A stretch of 64,000 nucleotides of DNA, taken from Lingula anatina. Taxonomy: Eukaryota; Animalia; Brachiopoda. How positions within the stretch are numbered: the first letter of the stretch is position 1; each line of letters begins with the position of its first letter. Both the position numbers and the translations under genes were made by a program. Of the stretch, positions 11,509 through 23,400 are shown piece by piece. The stretch is from assembly GCA_051362555.1 (NCBI GenBank), contig CM120648.1, positions 10,288,587 through 10,352,586 on the forward strand, in the 5' to 3' direction. Below the pieces are notes generated by a model. That model made no database searches. It saw only the letters and a list, made by a program, of their open reading frames with translations, and was not told where the DNA came from.

Positions 11509-14500
11509 CTAAAATAAACAAACAAATTAATTTATTACATTGTCCAATATGTACATGTATGCACAAACAAATTAAGAAATAAATAAATTTAAAATGTGGA
11601 TGTCTGAGTGAATAATTATATAAGATGATTAATGCCGAAGTGATTGAAAGATACTTATAAAGTTATAATTATTATGAACATCTGCCTTTGCTCAGGAATT
11701 TAAATATTTCTGTTACAAAAAAGTTTGGGGCGAGATATATTTAACTCATCCGATAAAGATCAAAAATCGAAACATTAAATAAATTGAAAGAAGAGAATAA
11801 AACACGTTTATTTAACCAGGTTATACTATTTTACCACTCGGATATACCATAGCATAGTGGAATTCTCGATAAACATGGGTTTTCAATAGTCCAAATGTCC
11901 ATAAATTATTCCTTAGAGATTCAAATCTCTGTTCAAGCAAGACTTGCCTTGAAGGAAATTTTTTCATTGTTGTTTGAAGCCATGAAAGGGTGGCCGTTTC
12001 GATCTATCTCCAACTATATAGTCTTAAGCGGAGTGTTCGATGCACTGGAGGGCCGCACGGGCCGCGAATCTCTGCACGCCCCTGAAACTTAAATAATTCA
12101 CACTCATGTTCTTTATGTTTTATTATGTACAGAATATGCAGCGACTCGAAGAAGTTGCTTTAACCCTGGCTCTTTCTATATTCTGCGTACTTATCACTTT
12201 AACTATGTTGCCATGGAGAAAATATGGTCACATGGCTAGTGATAATCTATATCTTCCTAAATTTATTAGATAAATGAAGTAAAAAAGATAAAACAAACAA
12301 ACATAAATTCTCTATACCTGTGTAACGGTTACTACACTAAGTACAGCTTTATTTACCTCGGGATTATGATTTTTAAGTTTTACTTTGCAACTTGCTTTTA
12401 TGCGTAAAAAAAAAAATTAATAATAATAATAAAAGACTGATCATGTGCACAGTCTGGACACGTGCTACCGCTGTCTCTAACACATTGTGGGTACACTAAG
12501 GCCTATATTACATATTTTACATTTGTTCAAACAGTCATACTCTAGCACTCCCGTTATCTAATTAATATTATATTCATTCATGAGTAAGCCTGGAAATTTG
12601 GTGACAAACACTGGTGTGACTGTTGTGACTGAATACGCCTACTCGTCTCTGCTGCAATGTACCTGTACATATACTCAGTGTTGTCACCAGTGTCCAAATA
12701 ACCCACCAAACACATATCGCCATTTACATAACGTTACCATAACGTTTTTTTTATATATAATAATGTAACAATGTGGTAACGTAATCAAAACGCTATGTGT
12801 TTGTTGCTGGGAACAGTAACACTAGTGTCATCATGCACCATGTCATCAACTCTCCAGGGTATAGGCTTACTGAATAACCCGGAAGTGTTTCGTATCGATA
12901 AATGTAAACCCTTTCTCCATGGATAGGACGTAATATATAAGTCTCCGCATGAATATGTTTCTCCCGGTATTGTGTAGTATGCTTTAAGAGATATTTGGCA
13001 AATCCTACAAGAAAGATATTAGAGGTGATTCTGCTAAAACCGAGCGACGAGTCATTAAATCTCAGAGATCATACCATGCTGTCGTGTTTTATTAACACCC
13101 TAGTTGGTTACGTTGAATACCCCCCCCCCCCTTTCCCGGTTGACTCCTCTCAATATAGATAAATAAATGAAAGTAAATAAATAATTATCTCTGGTGAACA
13201 CAGACAAACACACAGTACTAAGATATGACCATTTGAACTTATTTAACTTTATCACCAGCAAGGAAATGAAATGACACACATGACATTGATCAAATACGCG
13301 CCGAGGTGTTTCGTACATGTTTCGGATTACACTTTCTTGTACTTACTTTTCTCAATCTTTATCTCATGAACGGCCTTATGTAAGCATAACAGATAAAACA
13401 CTTTCAGAAATCACCGAATTGGATGTCCTATGCTGCTTCAGCAAATAAACCTTTGGCTAAGATGGCGGATACATGTAGGCCTTTATTGGAGGGGATTTTT
13501 TTAATCATTCTATTTTTATAATGGCAGGTGGAAATATATGAAGCCCATCGATACAGATGACGTTAATCTAATGTGCATGACCCCAGATAGAACAAATCAG
13601 ATTTGTGTATTAACTTGTTGAGTGACTGTTTAATCTGATTTGTCAGTGTAGATGTTTAGGGGAGGGGCTAGGGGGAGTTTTTGGAAGTCAATAATATAGA
13701 TTGTCCTAGAAAATTGACCCGAGACTCCAGATCGTTATCTTTGTTTTTTTACTTGCGTACATGTCGACAAGGGCTTAGCGCGTAGATATAAAACCTATTG
13801 CTGATATGCCACAGATGAACATTTTGATAATGCTGAAAAGATGAAAAGCCCGGGGGGGGTGGGGGGTGGGGGGGGGGGGGGCATGTACGTATCTCCGAAA
13901 ATGTGCCATTTCCAATGCAAGCGTTTGGTTAGTTAGTTAGCTTTAAAAGAAAAATATCAAGTGAATACATCAAAACTTGAAGAATTAATTTTTTTAGGCA
14001 AAAAGTGTCTACGTAGACTTAGAATTTGCGCGTGGGGCTATTTGACTGATTATCCATTGGACATTCAAAATTTTCTTTAAACAACAGCTAGTGCATAGCA
14101 CACCAATTTATCTACTTCAACCTTTCCAAATATAACAAGCATTGACACCGCTTTGGGAGTCTTAAGTTTTTAATTTTAAAAATTCAAACCAAGAATTCAA
14201 TGTGTGGTAATCTTAAGCATCGGTGTATATACTGGTTTTTCAACGAACATGCTTTAATGTAATTAAAACTTATACTCAGACATTAATAACATGGCAAAAA
14301 AAGTATATACATAAAAGCACCAACTGCAGTTCTTCACCAGTTCTTGAATTCACCCAAGAAAGGACATTGTATGTAAGTCAACTTTACCGAAGTACCAGGA
14401 ATATTTCTTGTCATTCTAGTTAATAGTAACTAGCTTTCACTTACTGGATACAGCTCAAAGGGAATACTGTTAGAAGCACATGACTGGGCAATAAATATGA

Positions 14501-15478
14501 TTGCTTTTTATTTAAATTATAATTTATTGAAAGAAAGAGAAAAACAGCAAATGATGTCGTTGTGTTTTTATTTAAATCACGGCAAAAGCTGACATTTTGT
14601 TCATTTTGTGCATACCTCAACTTTGTTAATACTTAGAACGTTATAGGTCACATTTCACACAAATACATTTCTAAAAAATCTTTATCTGGCCTGTAACAAA
14701 ACTGAGGGTTCGTGTAACAGAAAGTCTGCTCTCCATTTAGTTATAATGGTTAGGGTTAGCCTGGACTAAGTGGATCAAAATCTGGAGCAAGGCTAACCTA
14801 TACAAAAATGAATGGGAATAGGACTCTTTGTCATGTCACACCATACAAATGCTCATATTAATACTCACGGAAATGTAAATACAACTAATGCATTAGTCAC
14901 TTGAAAAAGATGGAGCATATTAAATCATAACTAAAATGCTGCATAGTATTAATGACCAAATTATCTTGTAAAGCAACAAAAGCAGACATCATTGTACATC
15001 AGGTCACAATATAATACAGTTGAGAATAAGTATAATGCCAATTACTACTTCTTATGCATTGAAAAAATTAAAATCATATAATAATGTATAAAATCTTAAA
15101 ATAATATAGTATAATAATATATGAAAGTTAAAGAGATATTTTAGTAACAGTATGCATAGAACAATAATACAGTGGAGAATAAGTATAATGCCAATCACAT
15201 AATATATTGAAAAATTAACTATATTTTGATGAGATAAAAAAAAATCATAACAATCTATATACTATATAAAGTACTGCTTATTAAGCAATATTTTCCAACC
15301 ATGTAAATAAAATTAAAAAAAAACTATTGATATTATTTACTAATAAAAATTTAGATAAAAATAATTTGAACATATGGACTCATTCTTTTTTAAGAACATC
15401 ACAGTCATTTCTTTCTTCCAGCTGTCACTCTTACATTTATGAGCTTGCACTTGCAACCTCATGAAGCAATGCAACTTA

Positions 15479-16414
15479 GGCACCATTCAGAATAGGGGAC
15501 TAACTAGTCCGGGAGTCAAATATGGCCATCCACTGCAAAGCTTGCTGTCTAAGACCGCATTCACAATGATTTGAGCCAGGCTTTACAAATCCTGGGACTA
15601 AATATGGCAGACGTACATGAAAGGAAAACTGCCTAATCTTTTAATAGTCTCTCCGCCTCTCACACGCCTCTCCACACGTCATCCCTGTGGGGTACAGTCA
15701 TTAAATCTCGGCTCCGTTCACCGTGTGGAAGCTACCTGAGAAAAAGAAATGAATTGGCCTGTAGAGCAGCTATGAATTGGGATCAAAATTGTGAAAACAC
15801 CCCCCCTTCCAGTTCGATCAGGCGTAAGGAACAAGGCAAACATCAGTATCAGAACGAACTGCGCCCTCTGACGAGACTGCATATGCAAAAATTCTGCCCT
15901 CCTCCTCCTCCGTCTACTGGGGCTAGGTATCTCCGTGAATATCTCTGGTGACATTATCTCCGTAGATAGCCGATTCATTGCTGCTCTATGGGCCAATTCA
16001 TTTCTTTTTTGTCTCCTTTTTGAAAGATAACAGAACAGAAGAGCTTTTTTCCTTCGATCGCCTCCATCCGCCATGCTTTCTTCACCTCGAGTTTAATTGA
16101 TGAACATGCGCACTTAATATTTCTCAGGTATGTTCCGCATGGCGAATGGAGCCGAGATTTAATGACTGTACCCCGAAGGGACGACGTGTGGGGAGGCAGG
16201 TGAGAGGCGGAGAGACTACTAAAAGATTAGGCGGTTTTCCTTTCATGTATGTCCGCCATATTTAGTCCCAGGATTTGTAAAGCCTGGCTCAAATCGTTGT
16301 GAATGCGGTCGTATAAGCTAATAGGCCCTGAATAGATATCCCATGGGAAAGAACTCAAGTGGGTTGGCCATATTTGACCCTTGAACTAGTTAGTCTCCCA
16401 TTCTGAATGGTGCT
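15479..16414. mobile_element. MITE (family also at 4742-5057 and 16918-17102) split by the 15553-16310 insertion
   Basis: TIRs 'gcaccattcagaataggggactaactagt' and 'actagttagtctcccattctgaatggtgc'; 'caaatatggcc..ccact' is shared with the other copies. Confidence 0.65.
15553..16310. mobile_element. TIR element with about 190-bp inverted repeats and an internal ORF remnant (possibly an internally deleted PIF/Harbinger)
   Basis: 'gaccgcattcacaatgatttgagccaggctttacaaatcctgggactaaatatggc...' (15553-15743) is mirrored at 16120-16310. The internal minus-strand ORF 15718-16074 begins MADGGDRRKK and is Arg-rich followed by a hydrophobic stretch. Confidence 0.7.
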
Positions 16415-16917
16415 TAATATGAAACTTTTCTCTTTCACAAAAAAGTAAATCGCCCATAACGCATGCAGTTTCTAACTTACTTTTGATATGTGGAGAAAAC
16501 TGTTTCTTGGAATGTATTCAAATATCTATTAAGTACCCAAACTTAACATCAGTTAATTTACTGTTATGACTCATTTTTTTTTCAACTGGGAAAATTATCA
16601 ACCTTTCAGATAAATCATATTGGAATGATTAAAAACCATATTCTAAGTAGCATGACATTACTGTAGAGAACAGAAGTACAGGGAAACCAGCTTAAAGGGA
16701 TAATAACTCTTTTTATGAGATCTATATTTCACAATAAAAACATTGTGAACAACTCAAAGAAATATAATATATTGATGGATTCATCAACTATTGTAAGTAT
16801 GTGAAAATTGTAGTTTACTCCAGGAAAATTCCATTTTTAGCCAAAACAAAGAGTTATTATCTCTTGAATTGCTATTATTTACAAGGAATATTCTAATTAC
16901 ACGCATTTATGACTAAA

Positions 16918-17102
16918 AGTGCAGTCAGAACAGCAGATTAACAGACCTGTGGATTAAATATGGCTGACCCACTTGAATGCTTGTTGCCTTATCCCTGTGG
17001 GGGATCTTTTGAGTATCTGATCAGGAATAAAGTGGTAAGCGTTAAAGTCGTTCACCATATTTGACCTGCGGATCTGTTAGTCCGCTGTTCTGAATGCACT
17101 CT
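16918..17102. mobile_element. MITE, uninterrupted copy of the 4742-5057 family
   Basis: TIR 'agtgca.tcagaacagc.ga.taacaga' / 'tctgttagtccgctgttctgaatgcact'; internal similarity to 4742-5057. Confidence 0.7.
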
Positions 17103-18082
17103 AAAAGTACACAGTATCTGTAAAAGTTAATAATTTTTCCCACTGAAAACTGCATTAGACCTGTTGGGTGAGGCACATTTTGTAAGGAGTGACTTTCCAC
17201 AAGGAGTGCTTGATCACTGCAAAAATTTGATTTTTCAGTAGTATCACAGGCATATTCGGTGGTAAGACAAATATCAAACAAATTATAGACTACATTTACC
17301 AGGATGCGAAAACCTATTGGTTTACTTAGAAGTTCTTTTTATCCATGGAAATGTGTTAAAATTACCTTAGAGATGGAGTCTTTGACTGCCAATGTTCTAT
17401 AGTTTTTCTCAGTTCTATTATCCTAAGTGTTTCGCTACCACTGGGAGGTGGAGGGTTCAAATTAACACTATAGATTAGGTGAAAATGATAACTTTAAAGC
17501 ACTGAGAAAGACTACAGATGAATGAATAAAGCACTCTAAACTTGCTACTCAAAGATAATTCTATTGATAACATCTTGAATTGCCAATTATTTTTGACGGA
17601 GAAAATAAATCTTTCTATCAAACAAAAATAAACTGACGGTGCAACTGGGCAGCCTTGTGAAAGTTTCTCGTCACAAACTGTGCTCACCATAAGTCAGTGA
17701 TATGTTGACACTCCACGGGTTGGAAAATATTAAAATAATGACTCTACCTTTTCATTGGGGAAAATTCTGTTTTTTTAAGATTGATAATTTTAGAATCATT
17801 AAAACATATTTCTTTGTTACGTCTGTGGTGGTTTGTTTGTTTTGAATATTCCTATAAGGTACACGTAGTATGCTTTTCAGTTTAGCTGAAACTATTCAAT
17901 ACAAATCTTCTTATTTCAAGACTTTGACTTTGAAAAAAATATAGTATCTGTAAAACTGTAAACTTTTCCCCACTGGAAAGAATGAGCCACTGCTCTACCT
18001 TGAATATAAATATAACCCAGCAGGGTATAAATAATTCTTCCTTACAAATAATTCAATAATGACACATCCTTGGCAAAAACTT

Positions 18083-18411
18083 ACCCTCTACCAGGGCTAC
18101 AGATGGACCTTTCACTAAATATTCGCATACATGTCTCTGGTTGATTCGAGACAAAATATTACAAAATGTTTCAGATTATTAGCTAAAGACAACTGGCAGA
18201 GCAATTAACTGCACTGATTGCTGTCACAGGGACTTGGCAGTTACTTCTAAAGTGGAAGTGCCCGAGACATAGTTATATAAAGAATTACAAGCCATGTAAT
18301 CATATTTGAGCTTTCATCACAGGGTCACAGTGCAGAGAAGTGCCATCAATTAACTAGTGACATGTCTTTGAGTATCTAGTGAAAAATCACGCAGTAGCCC
18401 TGGTAGAGGGT
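18083..18411. mobile_element. MITE with ACCCTCTACCAGGG TIRs (shorter copy at 5156-5286)
   Basis: accctctaccagggctac ... gtagccctggtagagggt; the same TIRs and subterminal sequence occur at 5156-5286. Confidence 0.7.
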
Positions 18412-18696
18412 GGCAAAACCTAACCTTATGGCTTACTTTGGGATCAGTTTAGTAGTTCTGGAAAACATCCACTGCTTAAAAGAAGTGCATGTTACATGCA
18501 TGAATCAAGTTGAGTTCACACTTTTAGACTGACACTGCATTATGTCTAAAAGGTCTATATTCATTTGTTTGTAATTTGTATTTAAAGCAGCTTAATTAAC
18601 ATATTAGTTAATGCCAAAAGACACGACCAAATGCCATGCATGTTTCCAAAATGTATAACATAAAATAATTTAATATAGATTTCTTTACATAATTTT

Positions 18697-18752
<56 letters not shown>

Positions 18753-18945
18753 TTTGCACATTTTCTTATTCTTCTTACTTTCTGGGCTTTATGGATTGGA
18801 GGAATAAGTAGGTCAAATTTTTACACAACCAGAATTTGGAGGAGGATCAATGTGCTTTAAACCAGAGGCATTTTCATATTAAACCCCATCAAAATACACT
18901 CCAGTATATGAAATAAATAAATAAATAAACAAATAAATAAATAAA

Positions 18946-19492
18946 CTAGTGGATCAGAGAGGCGATACTGCCTCCGATTATTGTACCACCAGCTAAAGTA
19001 AGAACATTCGTGAAGAAATCAAAAAAAGGGACACTACCTCCAGTGTAGTGCTTGACAAGCTCTTCAAAATGCAGTACATAAGAGTCCTCAAGTGTAACAT
19101 CTTTTCATAATATAATAAGTTAGGTCTGTGTAGTTTCTGAAAATCGGCACAAATACCCTTTTCTTTTTTCAAAATTCCCATTAAAATTTTTTGGCCTGTT
19201 TGACCTTGAATTGAAGGTCAAGGGTCAAATCCAAGGGCATATTTGAAATCTCCACACATGACTTTTGATCAGACATCAACACAAATTTTTCCAATAATTC
19301 CTTCAGTTTGGGAGATCTTTCGGATTTAATTTTGCAAATTTTGGAATTAAATCCAAGAGATGGGTACGCAGGCTCTTGTAGTCTAGAAGAAGCAGCAATA
19401 GTGAGATGGTGGCGGAGCCGGCAGATACAGTGGATGAGACAGGTTGGAAATAATACCATGTGTACTGCCAGCGACAAAGCTGGTGGTACAAT
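18946..19492 (-). mobile_element. Short copy of the same Helentron/HINE family, without the satellite array
   Basis: Shares 'ctag.ggatcagagaggcgatac.gcctcc...ttgtaccaccagct' at one end and 'catgtgtac.gccagcg...gctggtggtacaat' at the other with 23746-26585, plus internal blocks such as 'tttgaccttgaa..gaggtcaa.ggtcaaatccaaggg'. Confidence 0.8.
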
Positions 19493-20466
19493 AAATGAAA
19501 CAAATTCAAGAACGTGTCATAGCTGTAAGGAAGAAATATTTTCCCTTGTTGTCATCTAGGACTCAATGGGTATCGAGTCTTAGTTGTCATCCAGGTTTAA
19601 GACCGTATTGCATGTAATGTTCACAAATTATATTACTAAGCTCTATTAGTAACATATCAAATACTGCTTTCGCTCTATATGTTATACACTATTATCATCA
19701 ACTTTACAATGAGGTTTAAAAATGTCACTATCATACAAATAACTTGAAATATCCAGGATAATTTTCAGGGTGTAAAATGAATTAGATTTTTGTTCTTATA
19801 GCTTATTAATAACTTTGTCACTTTGGGTTTATCAGATCAATTTGCTTCATTGCATTGATGTGCTATCAGTGGAACACAACTAAATTGGGTCAACATGAAT
19901 TAAAATATCTGATTTGATATTTTTTCATCTTTTTATGCGGCAAGCTACAAATGCCACCTTACAATTTTGTAATAAAAATAATAATAATAATAAAGCTGAT
20001 ATGTTATTTTTTTATCCACATGCAAAAGTTCCTTCAAAAGGATTATGCTGGCCAAAAAATCCCTTATGGAAAATTACTATGCCAACACAGATATATTAGA
20101 AATTTTATCATCTTTAAAAGCATCCTATCCAAGATTCTCCTACCAAAACAAATCATCCTCAAAATAAAAGCAACTTTTTCCGACTCACAAACCACTGCTC
20201 ATCTTGTCCCTGCACTTAAATATGATGTTTTGTACCATTTTTTTAATTACTAAATAATTTGTTCTAAATGTTTGGCCAGTATTTTAGACGTGGCCACTGT
20301 CTCTAGACCACCTTTCTGTACATTTCAAAAGGAAACATCAACCTTAATACTTTTGAGGTGTTTTAAGGTATAAACAGATTCATTAACAATTGGTAAGTTT
20401 GGGGAAATATTGTTGTTTACCTAAGGAAAATCCATTTTTTGGCCAAAATGAACAATTATTATGCCT

Positions 20467-23400
20467 TTAAATATCATAATTGTCACCACTATTCACTTTA
20501 TTGCTCTCCAAACGTTCATCAGTGTATGCATACACAGGTTGAAGCCCCTCACTTGTAGAGGAAGGATTTTCTGCTTCAAAAGTGTTTCTGAAACGATTAT
20601 GCGAATTCTGTCTGTTCTCGTCAACAATGGTGTCCTCGTTATCTGGCTTGCTTTCATTTGGTCGAACATCCTCTGTTCTTGCATTAGAAACTGATGCACT
20701 GTTGATGCTGACAGGACCTTTGCGTGGAGTCTGCGAATCCAGGTCCTCATTGTTGACAAAGAATGTCTGGGACTTGTACCCTACCTGCTTGTACTGGTCA
20801 CCTGGTGAGCTGGTGTCAGACTCTCTGGTCCTTGACGGGGATGGGTTACTCTCTTGAATTGGTCGATGATAACTGACACCGTTACTACTGCTGTGCAGCG
20901 ACTCAGAGGAGCTGACATGTTGCTTCCCTGAAAAAAAAAAAGAGACAAGGTATCACTGTCTGATGTGAAATTTCAGTTCTACATCAAAACACCTGCAGAT
21001 TGATTTGTTCCCAAAGGAAATTTAAGTGTAAGTCTTATATAAAAAAAATAATAAGAGAGAGAGAGAGAGAGAGAGAGAGCAAAGCCACCAGGAGCATATA
21101 CTAAGTATAGAAAAGCAATCTTCTGAAGATACCACTTACCTGATGGTGCAGGTTGGCCTGAGGTGGGCCCAACATCTTCTACAAGACAAAATCAAGCACA
21201 AGATAAGATGATTTGTTTTGTTTTTTGTTTTGTTTTACTCAATAATTAGGACTACTGTGAAGCTGCTACCTTTCTCATTATCAAAAAATTCAAATGTTAT
21301 TAAACATATAATATAATATAATATAATATAATATAATATAATATAATATAATATAATACATTGTTACATGGTCATGAATATTGACATGCTAACCACTAGG
21401 ATATCATTACTTCTACCAAATGTTATCGTAAAAATCGATTTACTCATCCAATTTGGACAGTCAGTTTTTCTTTTTCTAATTAAGCTCTCAATCTGGATCG
21501 ATCTAACTCCCTGGGGGTCCCACTAGATTGCAATCAACTTACCGGCTTAAGTGTCTGTCTCGCCTACCGAATAAGTATAAATAACTAAATTTCTCAGCTT
21601 GCCAATGCAACTCACTGATTATATAACTTTGGAATCTCTGGGGAGCACTAAAAGGCTGATTTCTCCACTTCAATTGATGGCTTCAAGAGAACGATTTAGA
21701 CCAGTGTCAAAATTAATTAGAACTCTCAACAGATAAAAACTGGCATTCATTCGTTAGATCTAAGGTTTGTCTAAAATGTGTGTCTGGGATTTCATAACAT
21801 CAGCTCCGTTTTCAACTTACACATGCTTTAGTTAGGCTAGGGGGTCTTGTTGAACTGGAAAACTGGTTTATTTTGATATCATTGGTAATTCAACAGATAT
21901 CGCTTATTTTAGGCGCATTCTTGTTGATCCCAAAGAGGGCTCACGAGTCAAGCTGTTTACACATGTCCATTTGTAGTGGACTTCTAGTTTTTAAGGTATA
22001 TAGATCATGTTGAGAACACCAATTAAGCATTATATCTCATTACATAACAATTACATAATAAAATAAGGATATGAAATGAAAAGCAGTTGAAATAAGCTTT
22101 CTATTGATATGTAACATGTTGGTATATCTTGGTCGGTTTAGAAGATAGATACCCCTGTTAATTACCTTAAGCCGGTCAAGTTGACATCAATTAAGTTAGA
22201 GATAGATCGATCCAAATATCTGTGGGAATGGTCCCTAAAACTACATAAACTTCTCACTGTCACTGAGCATCCCACATTTCCACGACCAGGCACACACTAA
22301 CCCTGCTGTCACTATATTTACCTGATGGTGCAGGTCGACCTGAGGTGTCAACATCATCTACAAGACAAAATCAACCACATGCTAAAAGGATGTCACCAAC
22401 TTATTTTGTTTTTATCAATAATTAGGACTACTGTTAAGCTGCTACCTTTCTCATTATTAAACAATTCAAATGTTAACATATAATATAATATAATTTAATA
22501 TAATATAATATAATAATACATTGTTACATGGACATGAATTTTGACATTCATGAAGTGGTCGAGATCAGTCACATTACCACACAGCACAGTGACCTTCTAG
22601 CTGGGGAGTATAGGTTATGGTTTTTAATGGAAAAGGCCTTTCACCAGGGATACGGCCTGGGTCCTTCTGCTTTTATGTTCAGCGTGCTAACCACTAGAAC
22701 GTCTTCACTCACCAAATTTGGACAGTCAGCTTTTCTTTCTCTAATTAAGCCTCATAATGCAATATTATGTGTTATTCACCCTCCTTTTAAGCTTTGTTAC
22801 AATAACAGAGCAATGTGAATATTAACTGCACCAGTATCAGTACACCCTTCAAAGTATCAGATGCAACACCACTCTTGCCTAGTACGCAATGTGATAGTGA
22901 TGATTCTCAGCGGGGTTAGAAAGTAATGCACCTCATCTCAAAATTTGTTCTGAGGTATGATATTGTAAAATGCATACTGACGCAGACCTTGAAAACGGGT
23001 GGTGTGGTCCGATCTACCAGTGAATTCAGGATCATTGGGTGCCGACTCTGGTAGTTGGGTAAGCCTGATCGACTTTCAAAATGCATGGGCTGCATTCAGA
23101 AGACCGAATCCTATTCAGAGCATCCATCAAGGCTTATAACAAGGCAGCAGCATAAATAGAAGTAAACCCTCAACTGTGTCAAGATTTCAAATTCACGACC
23201 ATGTAACAAAAGAGTTAAAGACTGTGTTTTGGGCATCTAGACAAATTTTTTGTCGAGATGACCTCAACCAAAATCAATAATTGTGTAATATGATATACAC
23301 ACTGTAATATAACAAGTTACACTGCCATGCAATATGATATCGATTTATATTAGCAGTGTATCAAATTGCTTTCTAGACTGACACAATAAAACAATATACC

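Noticed and set aside
20340-20470. A TTAA-targeting MITE remnant (similar to 16691-16865) truncating gene A and removing a death domain
   Set aside because: The stop codon lies within the TTAA target itself, so it would pre-date the insertion. No death-domain-like sequence was seen downstream.
20493-20857. ORF-track proteins 20493-20759 (-) and 20582-20857 (+)
   Set aside because: These are shadow frames; the splice-compatible frame is the unlisted minus frame 20467-20927 containing PIQES.
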